A stretch of DNA of 64,000 bases from an uncultured Clostridia bacterium (GTDB lineage: Bacteria > Bacillota > Clostridia > Christensenellales > UBA1242), in contig CALVMV010000004.1 of NCBI GenBank assembly GCA_944349375.1, positions 44,178 through 108,177 on the forward strand, written 5' to 3'. A program made the position numbers and the translations under genes. Shown here piece by piece: positions 35,291-45,309 of this stretch. How positions within the stretch are numbered: the stretch's first letter is position 1; every line of letters starts with the position of its first letter. The notes beneath the pieces are model-generated. The model did not search any database, was not told the DNA's origin, and saw nothing but the letters and a program-made list of their open reading frames with translations.

Positions 35291-36646
35291 ATGCAAGACT
35301 TAACATCTTTATGGCAAGCAGTTTTAGATAAACTTGAACTTAATGTTTCAAATGTTTCTTTTATAATGTGGTTCAAACCATTAAAAGTTTTAGATTATTC
35401 TGAAGAAAATAAAAAAATTGTTATTTCTACAAACTCTACATCTGCAAAAAACCAGATTATGAGAAATTATTTTGAAAAGTTATCAAACGCAATAACTGAT
35501 ATTTTTGGTCAATCAATTGAAATTGAAATTTTAGATCCAAATGAAGAAATTGAATATATAAAAAAATTTGGTGAAAAAAACATTCAAAAAGAGGTAGAAG
35601 TTTCAAAAAATCCTTTCAATTCAAAATACACTTTTGATAACTTTGTTGTAGGAAAAAGCAATCAATTTGTTTATGCTGCTGCCAGAGCAGTTGCTGAGCA
35701 TCCAGGAGAAAAATTTAATCCTTTGTTTATTTATGGTGGTGTAGGGCTTGGAAAAACTCACCTTTTGCACGCAATTGGCAATTATTTGCATGAATTTAAT
35801 CCAAATTTAAAAGTAATGTATGTTACTTGTGAACAATTTGCAAATGATTATATTGAAAGTTTAGGTTCAAACACAAAAAATAAAGCTATTTTAGAGTTTA
35901 GAACAAAATACAGAAATTTAGATGTTTTAATGGTTGATGATATACAATTTATTTCTAAAAAGACTTCTACTCAAGAAGAATTTTTCCATACTTTTAATGA
36001 ATTATTCCAAAATAATAAACAAATTATAATTTCTTCTGACCGTCCACCAAAAGATATTGAAACCCTTGCAGATAGATTGCGCTCTAGATTTACTTGTGGA
36101 CTTATTCAAGATATACAATCTCCAGATTTAGAAACACGAATTGCTATTTTAAGAAAAAAATGTCAATTAGAAAAATATGTTATTGATGATGATGTAATTG
36201 ATTATATTGCTGAAAATATAAATACAAATATAAGAGAACTTGAAGGTATGCTTTCAAAAGTTTATTTTTTGGCTACTTTAATAGGCAAACGCTCTGCTTC
36301 TATGGATGAAGCAAGAGAAGCTTTTAACGGACAAATAGAAGAAGAAAAAAATGAAGGCTTAACACCAGAACAAATCATATCTACAGTGTGTCAATATTTT
36401 GATATATCTAAAGAAGATATAGTTGGTAAAAAGAAATCAAAAGAAGTTGTTGAACCAAGAATGATAGCTATTTATCTTATAAGTGAAATACTGGAAATAC
36501 CTCTTGTTTCTATAGGAAAATTGTTTGGTGGCAGAGATCACACAACTATTATGCACTCAAGAGATAAAATATCTGATGGACTAAAAACTTCTCATAAAAT
36601 TCAGTCCTTTGTTAGCGAAATAAAGAAGATGTTAACAAGTGGATAA
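35291..36646 (+). CDS. dnaA: Chromosomal replication initiator protein DnaA
   Basis: GGVGLGKTHLLHAIGN Walker A, MVDDIQF, and the domain IV motif GGRDHTTIMHS. Start set to the ATG at 35291 (MQDLTSLWQ) after AAAGGGGA. Confidence 0.95.
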   Translation: MQDLTSLWQAVLDKLELNVSNVSFIMWFKPLKVLDYSEENKKIVISTNSTSAKNQIMRNYFEKLSNAITDIFGQSIEIEILDPNEEIEYIKKFGEKNIQKEVEVSKNPFNSKYTFDNFVVGKSNQFVYAAARAVAEHPGEKFNPLFIYGGVGLGKTHLLHAIGNYLHEFNPNLKVMYVTCEQFANDYIESLGSNTKNKAILEFRTKYRNLDVLMVDDIQFISKKTSTQEEFFHTFNELFQNNKQIIISSDRPPKDIETLADRLRSRFTCGLIQDIQSPDLETRIAILRKKCQLEKYVIDDDVIDYIAENINTNIRELEGMLSKVYFLATLIGKRSASMDEAREAFNGQIEEEKNEGLTPEQIISTVCQYFDISKEDIVGKKKSKEVVEPRMIAIYLISEILEIPLVSIGKLFGGRDHTTIMHSRDKISDGLKTSHKIQSFVSEIKKMLTSG

Positions 36647-36800
36647 CTTGAAAATTATATCCACAACTTGTCCACATTAAAACAATCTAAATAATCTACA
36701 AAAAAAATTTTTTCGACAAAAAACATACTATATATAGTATCACAAAAAAGTTATCCACATTTAAACATTGCTTATTAAAATTATTATTATTTAATCAAAA
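36638..36800. promoter_or_regulatory. Candidate oriC (DnaA boxes plus an AT-rich unwinding region) in the dnaA-dnaN spacer
   Basis: Boxes: AGTGGATAA 36638-36646, ATATCCACA 36657-36665, TTGTCCACA 36668-36676, and a perfect TTATCCACA at 36751-36759. A 16-nt palindrome ATACTATATATAGTAT lies at 36725-36740 and (ATT)4 at 36780-36791. Almost pure A/T sequence follows. Confidence 0.7.
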
Positions 36801-36928
36801 AAATAATAAATAAGATATCTAAAAAATGGCGAGAAAATAAGGCGAAAAAATATTTTAAAAAATCGCTAAAAAATGTTGATAAAAAGTTTTAAATGTGTTA
36901 AAATTAATCTTGTTAAGGAGATTAATTT

Positions 36929-38029
36929 ATGTTAGTTAATTGTCAAGGTTTAGATCTTTCAGAAGCTTTCTTAAGAGTAAGTAAAGCTATTTCAAACAAG
37001 ACTACAAACCCTATCTTAGAAGGAATAAAAATTATTGCTGAAGATGGAACTTTAACTATGAGTGCAACTGATAGTGAACTCTCTATAGAAAAGAAAATTA
37101 AAGCAGATGTAAAGATAGAAGGAGAAACTGTTGTTCCTGGAAGATTTATAACAGAGTTCGTAAAGAAGTTAACTAATTCTGAAATAGAACTATCTTTAAA
37201 TGAAAAAAATCAATTGGTAATAAAATACGAAGATAGCCAAAGTATGATTCAATGTTATAATCCGATTGAGTATCCAGGTTTTAAAAAAATTGAAACTGAA
37301 GAATTTTTTGGAATAAGCAAAAAGGATTTTAAAACATGTGTAAACAAATCTATTTTTTCAGTTGCTATTGATGATTCAAGACCTATCCTTAAAGGTGTTT
37401 TATTTGATATTAACAATAATGAATTAAATACAGTTGCTCTAGATGGATATAGACTTGCAAGAGTAAAGAAAAATATTGTATCTAAAATAAAAAAATCAAT
37501 AGTTGTTCCAGCTAGAAGTTTAAGTGAATTATCAAAACTTATTGACGATAGTGATGATATGATTAATATTTATATCGACACTTATACAATAATGGTTGAT
37601 TTGGGAGATACTAAAGTAACATCTCGCTTATTAGAAGGAGATTACATTAATTATAAACAAATAATTCCTATGAATTATGAAACTTTTGTAATTATTAACA
37701 AAGAACAATTTGAAGAATCACTGGAAAGAGCTACATTGTTATCAAAAACATCTCAAAATAATTTTGTTAAATTTGAAATAAAAGAAAATAATATTTGCAT
37801 AACTTCAAATAGTGATTTAGGAAATATAAAAGAAAATATACCTGCAACTGTTTCTGGAAAAGATTTAATTATTTCTTTTAACCCAAGATATTTTCTTGAA
37901 AGCTTAAGAGTAAATACAAATGAATTTGTAAAAATTTGTTTTAATCAACCTTCTTCACCATGTGTTATTGTTCCTACAGAAGAAGATGAATTCTTGTATT
38001 TAATTTTGCCAGTAAGAGTTATTGGTTAA
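36929..38029 (+). CDS. dnaN: DNA polymerase III beta sliding clamp
   Basis: 366 aa directly downstream of dnaA. It shows typical beta-clamp blocks (NPILEGIKI..., SATDSELS, LDGYRLA, LLEGDYINYKQIIP). Confidence 0.9.
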   Translation: MLVNCQGLDLSEAFLRVSKAISNKTTNPILEGIKIIAEDGTLTMSATDSELSIEKKIKADVKIEGETVVPGRFITEFVKKLTNSEIELSLNEKNQLVIKYEDSQSMIQCYNPIEYPGFKKIETEEFFGISKKDFKTCVNKSIFSVAIDDSRPILKGVLFDINNNELNTVALDGYRLARVKKNIVSKIKKSIVVPARSLSELSKLIDDSDDMINIYIDTYTIMVDLGDTKVTSRLLEGDYINYKQIIPMNYETFVIINKEQFEESLERATLLSKTSQNNFVKFEIKENNICITSNSDLGNIKENIPATVSGKDLIISFNPRYFLESLRVNTNEFVKICFNQPSSPCVIVPTEEDEFLYLILPVRVIG

Positions 38030-38035
38030 AAAAAT

Positions 38036-38067
38036 GAAGACTGTGCTTTTAAACACAGTCTTTTTTA
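38036..38067 (+). terminator. Intrinsic terminator after dnaN
   Basis: AAGACTGTG (38037-38045) pairs with CACAGTCTT (38054-38062), followed by TTTT. Confidence 0.65.
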
Positions 38068-38086
38068 TAAAAATAAGGAGAAAAAA

Positions 38087-38614
38087 ATGAAAAATTTATT
38101 TAATAAAAATATTGTTTATTTTGCAAAAATGAAAGAAAATGCAAAAATTCCGAATAAAAAAGATGAAGATGCTGGGTATGATATTTTTGCTTGTTTTGAT
38201 GAAGATTTTATTTATTTAAAACAAGGGGAAACAAAATTAATTCCAACAGGTATTGCTTGGGCTTGCAATAAAAAATACTATATGCAAATTGAAGAAAGAT
38301 CTTCAACTGGCACAAAGGGGATTAAAAGAAGTGCAGGCATTTTAGATAGTGGTTATAGAGGTGAAATAAAAATAGCTATATTGAATTCTACTTGTAAAGA
38401 TTTATACATTTCAAATTTAAAAGAAGAAGAACTTTTGAGCAAATATCCAAAAATAAAAAAAGAAAGTATTATTTATAATACTGAAAAAGCAATAGCACAA
38501 GGAATTATACATAAAGTAGAAAAAATAAAAGTAAAAGAAATCCCTTTAGAAAAGTTATTAACAATTCCATCTGAAAGAGGAAATAAAGGCTGGGGAAGTT
38601 CAAACAAAAAATAA
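38087..38614 (+). CDS. dut: dUTP diphosphatase
   Basis: DAGYDIFA, GILDSGYRGEI and a C-terminal RG.KGWGSS motif. Confidence 0.8.
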   Translation: MKNLFNKNIVYFAKMKENAKIPNKKDEDAGYDIFACFDEDFIYLKQGETKLIPTGIAWACNKKYYMQIEERSSTGTKGIKRSAGILDSGYRGEIKIAILNSTCKDLYISNLKEEELLSKYPKIKKESIIYNTEKAIAQGIIHKVEKIKVKEIPLEKLLTIPSERGNKGWGSSNKK

Positions 38615-38692
38615 TTAATGCAAAAAATAAAACAATATATGACAAATTATTTGTATTGAAAAAAATGTTAAAATAAAAAAGCAATATTATAA

Positions 38693-38721
38693 TTGACAAA
38701 TTGCAATTTATTCTTTATAAT
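38693..38721 (+). promoter_or_regulatory. Consensus sigma-A promoter upstream of rpmH
   Basis: TTGACA (38693-38698), 17-nt spacer, TATAAT (38716-38721). Confidence 0.6.
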
Positions 38722-38752
38722 AAGGTAGTTACTAATTAAAAAGGAGGCATTT

Positions 38753-38887
38753 ATGAAAAGAACATATCAACCTAAGAAAAGACAAAGAAATAAAGTTCAT
38801 GGCTTTAGAAAAAGAATGCAAACTAAGAGCGGAAGAAATGTTTTAAAAAGAAGAAGAAATCGTGGAAGAAAAAAACTTTCTGCATAA
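38753..38887 (+). CDS. rpmH: 50S ribosomal protein L34
   Basis: Not in the ORF track (44 aa). Translation is [44 protein letters not shown]. The RBS is AAAGGAGG. Confidence 0.95.
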   Translation: MKRTYQPKKRQRNKVHGFRKRMQTKSGRNVLKRRRNRGRKKLSA

Positions 38888-39245
38888 ATCAAAGATTAAG
38901 TCTGACCATAGATTAAAAAAAGATAAACAATTTAATTATATTTATAAAAAAGGTAAAAGAAAATCAACAGATAATTTTACATTATATTTTATTGAAAGTA
39001 AATTTGATAATTATAAAATTGGATATTCTGTTTCAAAAAAACAAGGTAAAGCTTGTAAAAGAAATAAATTAAAAAGAAGATTAAAAAATATTGTAAAAAC
39101 AAATCATCTTCCTGTAAACAAATATAATTTTGTTATTTTAGCAAGAGATGGTGCAAGTAATTTAGAATTTCATGAATTATCAAATCAAATAATATCTTTG
39201 TTTGATAAATTTTATAAAGAGGAAAAAATTGAAAAACATTTTTAA
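38862..39245 (+). CDS. rnpA: Ribonuclease P protein component
   Basis: Basic protein immediately after rpmH ([17 protein letters not shown]...). The start codon is uncertain. The GTG at 38862 overlaps rpmH. Confidence 0.8.
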   Translation: MEEKNFLHKSKIKSDHRLKKDKQFNYIYKKGKRKSTDNFTLYFIESKFDNYKIGYSVSKKQGKACKRNKLKRRLKNIVKTNHLPVNKYNFVILARDGASNLEFHELSNQIISLFDKFYKEEKIEKHF

Positions 39246-39486
39246 AGAAATTATAAAAAGTCCTGTTTATTTTTATAAATACTGTTTATCTCCCCTTTTA
39301 CCACATCAATGTAGATTTACTCCAACTTGTTCAAATTATTTTTTAAATTGTATTGATAGTTTTGGAGTTATAAAAGGCTCTTTTTATGGAGTTAAAAGAA
39401 TTTTTAGATGTGTTCCCTGGAATAAAAATTGTGGTTATGACCCAGTTCCTATAAATATTAAAGGAGAACAAAAATGGCTAATTTAA
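39229..39486 (+). CDS. yidD: Membrane protein insertion efficiency factor YidD
   Basis: YKYCLSPLLPHQCRFTPTCSNY...RCVPWNKNCGYDPVP. The preferred start is the TTG at 39229 after AGAGGAAAAAA. The track start at 39202 is also possible. Confidence 0.85.
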   Translation: MKNIFKEIIKSPVYFYKYCLSPLLPHQCRFTPTCSNYFLNCIDSFGVIKGSFYGVKRIFRCVPWNKNCGYDPVPINIKGEQKWLI

Positions 39487-40760
39487 GTTTATTTTTGTCT
39501 GTAGCTGAGCCATCTGGTTTTTGGATAACAATTATAAAAGCGTTTGAAAATGTTACAAACAATTATGTTTTAGCAGTAATATTTTTAACAGTTGTTATAA
39601 AACTTCTGTGGACACCTATAGATATGTTTAACAGAAGAAATCAACAAAAAATGTCAGCTGTTCAAGCAAAAATGCAACCTGAACTTGACATTATAAATAA
39701 GAAATATGCAAAAGATCCTGTAACTTTAAAACAAAAGCAAAACGAAGTTTATAAAAAATATAACAGCAAAAGCATGGGTAGTTGCTTTATAATGTTATTG
39801 ATTATGGCTTTAAATCTTACCATATTCTTTACATTGTTTTCTGGATTAAATACAATGGGAGCTTATAAAATAAGCGAAAGTTATGATTCTATAAAATATA
39901 CTTATGCAAATTGTTTAAATGTTACTAAACATTATATTGATAACAATTCAACAGAAATTTTTAAAAATTATGAAAACATAAAATATAAAATAGATTTAGA
40001 AACAAACGAAATTGTTCTTTATAATGGAGAAAACGAAATAGATAGATATGAATATAAAAAAGATTTTTCATATACGACTGAAGAAGAAATTGATGGAGAA
40101 ATAAAAACTGTTACAAAATCAACTAATTTTTATTTAAATAATTTATTAGATGAGTTTAATAATATTATTTTATCTGAAGAGACAATAGAAGGTAGTGAAG
40201 AAACATTAAAACTTACTTTAAAAGATGCAGTAACAGAATCTTCTGCAAGCTTAATAGCTAAGCAATATGAATTAAACAAAGAATCTTTCCTTTGGATAGA
40301 AAATATCTGGATTTCGGATTCACCTTTTAATCAATCAATAGTTAGTTATAATTCTTATGTTTCACAAATAGGAAGTTCAAATGTTGAAGAAGGTGAAGAA
40401 ACTATATATAATGCTTTTATGCCAACATTACAAGCAAATAAAAGCAGAACAAATGGATATTTTATATTGCCAATTTTATGTATTTTAGCAAGTATTTTAA
40501 CAATATTTATTTCTTCTAAAAGTGGTAAAAATAAAAACACACAGACAAAACAAAATAAATGGTTGTTAATTATTTTACCTTTAATTTTTGGAATATTTGC
40601 ACTATTTTATAACAGTGTTTTTGCAATTTATATGCTAATTGGTCAAATTGTAACAGCAATAACAATTCCATTGCAAAACTTAATTTTAAACGCTATTAAC
40701 AAAAATAAAGAGAAAAAAGAAGATCAAAAAATAGAAATTGATTACACAAGAAAGTTTTAA
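39474..40760 (+). CDS. yidC: YidC/Oxa1 family membrane insertase with a large inserted hydrophilic loop
   Basis: Conserved blocks (MQPELDIINKKY, FLWIENIWISDSPF, C-terminal TMs plus a basic tail). At 428 aa it is much longer than the Bacillus homologs of about 260-280 aa. Confidence 0.85.
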   Translation: MANLSLFLSVAEPSGFWITIIKAFENVTNNYVLAVIFLTVVIKLLWTPIDMFNRRNQQKMSAVQAKMQPELDIINKKYAKDPVTLKQKQNEVYKKYNSKSMGSCFIMLLIMALNLTIFFTLFSGLNTMGAYKISESYDSIKYTYANCLNVTKHYIDNNSTEIFKNYENIKYKIDLETNEIVLYNGENEIDRYEYKKDFSYTTEEEIDGEIKTVTKSTNFYLNNLLDEFNNIILSEETIEGSEETLKLTLKDAVTESSASLIAKQYELNKESFLWIENIWISDSPFNQSIVSYNSYVSQIGSSNVEEGEETIYNAFMPTLQANKSRTNGYFILPILCILASILTIFISSKSGKNKNTQTKQNKWLLIILPLIFGIFALFYNSVFAIYMLIGQIVTAITIPLQNLILNAINKNKEKKEDQKIEIDYTRKF

Positions 40761-40774
40761 TATTGGAGGGATAT

Positions 40775-41566
40775 ATGATAAGTGTTGAAGGAGTAGGAAA
40801 AACAATAGAAAAAGCTATAGAAAATGCACTTTTAGAATTGAAAGCTCCTAGAGAAGATGTTGATATAAAGATATTGAGCGAAGGTGGAATTTTTAAAAAA
40901 GCAAAGGTACTTGTTTCTATAAGCGAAGATGCTCTTCCAAAATATGAAAAACACAAAAAATTTGTTGAAGAAGAAAAACAAGAGCAAAAAGAGGAAGAGA
41001 TAAAAGAAGATTTAGAAAAAGCTCTAAAAAAAGAAACTAAGGAAAAAGAAAAAGAATTAAAGAAAGAAATAAAACAAGAAGAAAAAAACGAGAAAAAAGA
41101 GATAAAGCAAGAAGAAAAAATAATAAAAAATTGTAATCCTGAAGATTTTTTAAAAGATTTATTCAATATACTTGGAAAAGATGTTGAAATAAATACTTTG
41201 GAAGATGAAAAGTATATAACATATATGGTTAATGGAGATGATTTAGGAGATGTTATAGGACATCGTGGTGAAGGATATTATGCTTTAAATACTCTAATAA
41301 AACAAATTACATCAGTAAAAGATAAAAAGATTTTATTAGACATTGGATCATTTAGAGAAAAAAGAGTTGAAAGTTTAACTCAAACGGCAAAAAGACTTGC
41401 GAACAAAGTAGCTAAAACGGGAAGATTTATTAAACTCGACCCTATGAATCCAAGCGATAGAAGAATAATACACACTGCCCTTCAAGATGATAATAGAGTT
41501 ACAACATTAAGTAAAGGATCTGAACCAAAAAGACAAGTAATAATATTTCCTAAAGGAGATGAATAA
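40775..41566 (+). CDS. jag: Jag/KhpB RNA-binding protein (Jag_N, KH, R3H)
   Basis: MISVEGVGKTIEKAIENAL start, a K/E-rich linker, and the R3H motif PSDRRIIHTALQDD. The ATG at 40775 follows GGAGGG. Confidence 0.85.
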   Translation: MISVEGVGKTIEKAIENALLELKAPREDVDIKILSEGGIFKKAKVLVSISEDALPKYEKHKKFVEEEKQEQKEEEIKEDLEKALKKETKEKEKELKKEIKQEEKNEKKEIKQEEKIIKNCNPEDFLKDLFNILGKDVEINTLEDEKYITYMVNGDDLGDVIGHRGEGYYALNTLIKQITSVKDKKILLDIGSFREKRVESLTQTAKRLANKVAKTGRFIKLDPMNPSDRRIIHTALQDDNRVTTLSKGSEPKRQVIIFPKGDE

Positions 41567-41594
41567 AATCTTACTATAACCAAATATTTAATAA

Positions 41595-41630
41595 AAAGAT
41601 GGAGGTTCCATAAGACCTCCATCTTTTTTT
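41595..41630. terminator. Bidirectional intrinsic terminator
   Basis: AAAGATGGAGGT (41595-41606) pairs with ACCTCCATCTTT (41615-41626), followed by a T-run. Confidence 0.7.
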
Positions 41631-41631
41631 A

Positions 41632-42195
41632 TTAATTCACATAAATATTTTTATCTAATATTTTAATTGCTACTTCTAATTTTGATATTAAAAAAGGATC
41701 TCTTAAAATGCTGGAAATATTAACAAAAATATTTTGCAATGAATGTGCTTCGAAACCTGAGATAGTTCCTAAAAATAATTTGTCTTTATATTTTTCTAAA
41801 ACTGTTTGAATTTCTTCATTAACTTCTCCCATACATAGAGATATAGCATTATTGATATCTTGATAATCAGACTCTGTTAAATTTAATCTATGTTTATATT
41901 TTTTATTTTCAATTGAAATTAATTTTGATCTATTAGGAAGCATTATTAGGTAAAAAAGAACAGAAGATAAAATATCACAAATTAGACAAACTGTAAAATT
42001 AAATATAATTCCTATAAAAGGAAGATAACTAAACAATGAAAATATAAAACCTATAATTTCAACAAATAAAAAAGGAATTCCAAATATTAATAAAAGTAAA
42101 AATTGTAATATGTTATTCCAAAAAGTATTATTAAACGTAAAAATCGATTTAATTCTAAAAGAAAAACTTTCAATTAATTTTTTTAAATTATCCAT
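41632..42195 (-). CDS. Hypothetical membrane protein
   Basis: Two or three hydrophobic spans in the N-terminal half. No family recognised. Confidence 0.45.
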   Translation of the reverse strand: MDNLKKLIESFSFRIKSIFTFNNTFWNNILQFLLLLIFGIPFLFVEIIGFIFSLFSYLPFIGIIFNFTVCLICDILSSVLFYLIMLPNRSKLISIENKKYKHRLNLTESDYQDINNAISLCMGEVNEEIQTVLEKYKDKLFLGTISGFEAHSLQNIFVNISSILRDPFLISKLEVAIKILDKNIYVN

Positions 42196-42301
42196 TATAA
42201 CTCCTTTGCATATTTAATAATATAGCATATTTTAAAAATAAATAACATACATTTTAATAAATTGTTACTGCTAATTTAGAGTATTTGATCTTTTTAAAAA
42301 A

Positions 42302-43639
42302 TTATTTACCTAAGCAAAATTTAGAAAATATTAAATTTATTATGTTTTCGTTTTCACATTGTCCTGTTATTTTTCCTAAACAATTCCATAAGTTTTTAAT
42401 TTGCATTGCTATAATATCCATACTTTGTTGCTTATCTTCAATTATTTTTTTACATAATTGATAACTTTCTTTTAATATAGAAGATTGTCTTTCGTTTACT
42501 ATCATTAATTTATTTAAATCTATATTTTTTGAAATAATTAAATCAAAAATTGACTGTTTAAGTTTTTCGATACCTATTTCTTCTTTTGCAGAAATAACAA
42601 TTTCATTTTTAAATGTTTGTAATTTTCTAGGACAATCTGATTTGTTTATTACGATAATATGTTTATAGTCTTTTATTTTTTTGATAATATCTTCATCATA
42701 ACTGTTTAAAGGACTAGAGCCATCTAATACACAAAGCACAATATCAGCATTCTCAATGCTTTTTTGACTTCTTTCAATTCCTATTTTTTCTACAACATCA
42801 TTTGATTCTCTAATGCCTGCAGTGTCAATAAAGTTAAATTTAATACCTTTATAAATTATTTGTTCGTTGATAATATCTCTTGTTGTTCCAGCAATATCAG
42901 TAACAATAGCTTTATCTTGCCCTACTAACGCATTTAACAAAGAACTTTTGCCAACATTAGGCGCCCCTATAATAGCTATATTAACCCCTTTGTTTACATA
43001 TTTTAAACTTTCTTCTTGATTAATAATGTTTAATAAATCATTTTTTATATTATAGATTTGATTAAATATGTTTTCTTTAGCAGATTTCTCAAAATCTTCT
43101 TCTGGATAATCCAAAGTTGCTTCAATTTGAGCAATTAAAGAAGTTAAATTATCCTGCATTTTTGTTATTTTTAGTTTAAGTTTGCCTTGTGCAAGATTTA
43201 AGTTTGCTATTAATTCACCTTCGCTTTCTGCGTTAATTTCTCCTATAATAGCTTCGGCTTCATCCAAAGATATTTTTCCGTTTTCAAAAGCTCTTTCAGA
43301 AAATTCGCCTGGATTTGCCAATTTAGCACCATTATTTATTAAAATATTTAATATTTTTTGAGATAACAAAACTCCGCCATGAACTTGAAATTCTATCATG
43401 TCTTCACCAGTGAAAGAATTGGGACCTTTAAAATAAACTAAAAAGCATTTTTCTTTGGTTTGTTGATTCAAAAAAAAGGAACCCAAATACAATTTATTTG
43501 GTTCTATGTTTTTATAATCTAGTTTCGAAGAAGAAAAAACTTTTTTAGCAATATCTAAAGATCTTTCTCCGCTCATTCTTATAATGCTGATAGCACCTCT
43601 ACCTAAAGGCGTTGAGATTGCGACTATTGTATTTTCCAT
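42302..43639 (-). CDS. mnmE: tRNA modification GTPase MnmE (TrmE)
   Basis: MENTIVAISTPLGRGAISIIRMSG, G1 motif GAPNVGKSSLLNAL, DTAGIR, and the C-terminal FCLGK. Start set to the ATG at 43639. Confidence 0.9.
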   Translation of the reverse strand: MENTIVAISTPLGRGAISIIRMSGERSLDIAKKVFSSSKLDYKNIEPNKLYLGSFFLNQQTKEKCFLVYFKGPNSFTGEDMIEFQVHGGVLLSQKILNILINNGAKLANPGEFSERAFENGKISLDEAEAIIGEINAESEGELIANLNLAQGKLKLKITKMQDNLTSLIAQIEATLDYPEEDFEKSAKENIFNQIYNIKNDLLNIINQEESLKYVNKGVNIAIIGAPNVGKSSLLNALVGQDKAIVTDIAGTTRDIINEQIIYKGIKFNFIDTAGIRESNDVVEKIGIERSQKSIENADIVLCVLDGSSPLNSYDEDIIKKIKDYKHIIVINKSDCPRKLQTFKNEIVISAKEEIGIEKLKQSIFDLIISKNIDLNKLMIVNERQSSILKESYQLCKKIIEDKQQSMDIIAMQIKNLWNCLGKITGQCENENIINLIFSKFCLGK

Positions 43640-43719
43640 AATTGAATTATAACATAAAAAAACAAAAAAGAAAACTATTTTTGATAAATTTAAAATAACA
43701 AAAGTTATTAAAAAATAAC

Positions 43720-44028
43720 TTAACAAATAATATTATCTTTTTCAATTTGATTTTTTACTTTATTAAACTTATCAATAGTTTCAAAGAGATATCTTTCTCT
43801 TCCTATTGAATCTAATTTCATTAATTTATTTTCATCCATTAAAAATTTCATTGGACTTAAATTAAATTCTTCGTTTTGTAACAAAGATCTAACTTTTTGT
43901 TCAAAGTCCTTATCATCTGCTGAAATAATTTTTATTTCAGTTGTTTCATTATTATAACTTCTATTGTTTCTATTAATTAGTCTGTTTTTTGCTTTTAAAG
44001 CTAATGCTTTTAATAAATCTGATTTCAT
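43720..44028 (-). CDS. Hypothetical protein (102 aa)
   Basis: ORF with an AGGAGAAAA RBS. No family recognised. Its 3' end overlaps the long version of the mnmE ORF. Confidence 0.4.
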   Translation of the reverse strand: MKSDLLKALALKAKNRLINRNNRSYNNETTEIKIISADDKDFEQKVRSLLQNEEFNLSPMKFLMDENKLMKLDSIGRERYLFETIDKFNKVKNQIEKDNIIC

Positions 44029-44341
44029 TATTTTCTCCTTTTATGACACGAATACATTTTATAATAAAAGCTTATAATTACAAAGAAGATTTTTGACTAA
44101 AAAGAAAATTTTGTGTCGAATAATAAAACAATATATGCAAATAGCTACATATGTTTTAATTATTTTTTAATGTTTATAGTCTTTAAAAATAAAGCATTTA
44201 TCACATTTTCGACAATAATAACTATTTATTTACATAAAAAGAATTGACAAATTTTAAATAAAAAAATAACTAAATAGCTTTATCAATTTTTTATGAAATG
44301 TATTTAAAATAGATATGATATTTTACTTAACAAAAGACAAT

Positions 44342-44372
44342 AAAAAATACGACTTAAAAAAGTCGTATTTTT
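44342..44372. terminator. Bidirectional intrinsic terminator downstream of rubrerythrin
   Basis: ATACGACTT (44347-44355) pairs with AAGTCGTAT (44360-44368), flanked by A and T runs. Confidence 0.65.
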
Positions 44373-44395
44373 AAATTGTTAATAAACAATATTTT

Positions 44396-44938
44396 TTAAA
44401 ATTCTTCAGTTAAAATTTGGAAATAAGCTTGAGGATGGTTACATACCGGGCATACTTTTGGTGGTTCATTTCCAACATATACATGACCACAGTTTCTGCA
44501 AATCCAAACTTTTTTCTTTGTCTTTTTAAATACGGTATTGTTTTTAACATTTTTTAACAATTCATTATATCTTTCTTCGTGTCTTTTTTCAATTGCAGCA
44601 ACGCCTTCGAATTTTTTAGCTATTTCTTCAAATCCTTCTTCTCTAGCTTCTTTTGCCATTCTTTTATACATTTCTGTCCATTCGCCGTTTTCACCTTGAG
44701 CAGCATCGGCTAGATTTTCTATTGTTCCGGGGACAGCTCCTCCGTGTAATTCTTTAAACCACATTTTTGCATGTTCTTTTTCATTGTTTGCGGTTTCTTC
44801 AAAAATTGCAGCAATTTGCTCGTAACCTTCTTTTTTGGCTACAGATGCATAATAAGTATATTTGTTTCTTGCTTGGCTTTCTCCAGCGAAAGCTTCCATT
44901 AAATTTTTTTCTGTTTTTGAACCTTTCAAGTTTTTCAT
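44396..44938 (-). CDS. rbr: Rubrerythrin
   Basis: Di-iron ferritin-like domain ([26 protein letters not shown]) plus a C-terminal rubredoxin-type CRNCG...CPVC. The ATG at 44938 follows GGAGGTAAAC. Confidence 0.9.
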   Translation of the reverse strand: MKNLKGSKTEKNLMEAFAGESQARNKYTYYASVAKKEGYEQIAAIFEETANNEKEHAKMWFKELHGGAVPGTIENLADAAQGENGEWTEMYKRMAKEAREEGFEEIAKKFEGVAAIEKRHEERYNELLKNVKNNTVFKKTKKKVWICRNCGHVYVGNEPPKVCPVCNHPQAYFQILTEEF

Positions 44939-45293
44939 GTTTACCTCCGTTAATATTATACCATAAATTGCAAATAACACAAAACAAAACGATAAAAATT
45001 ACTTATAAAAGATGATTATCAAATCGTTAGATGTTTAACAAATATAAATGGTAAATTTTAAAAGAGATTTTGTTTTATAACCAATTAAATTGTATTTATG
45101 CGAAAGAACGAATGTGAACGATAGAAGATATTTGTATATAAAATTACCTATGCGTAGATTTGATGATTTTAATATTTAGCACAAATTAATATAATATTCT
45201 TGTTTTGATTTTTGTTAAACTATTATTGTTTATTAAAAAAAGAGAAAAATTTGATTTAAAACGAAGTCTGTAACCTATATTAGTATTTTAAAA

Positions 45294-45309
45294 TGTTCCA
45301 CGTGAAACA
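45294..45309. promoter_or_regulatory. parS centromere site 1
   Basis: TGTTCCACGTGAAACA exactly matches the Firmicute parS consensus TGTTNCACGTGAAACA. Confidence 0.85.

Noticed and set aside
40950-41110. Repetitive GAA/AAA-rich DNA considered as a tandem repeat element
   Set aside because: It encodes the K/E-rich flexible linker of Jag (…KQEQKEEEIKEDLEKALKKETKEKEKELKKEIKQEEKNEKKEIKQEEK…). This is in-frame low-complexity coding sequence, not a mobile or non-coding repeat.
40696-41166. 156-aa minus-strand ORF rich in Ser/Phe/Cys
   Set aside because: It is antisense to the K/E-rich linker of jag (GAA/AAA codons read backwards as TTC/TTT). It has low-complexity composition and no RBS, so it is a shadow ORF.
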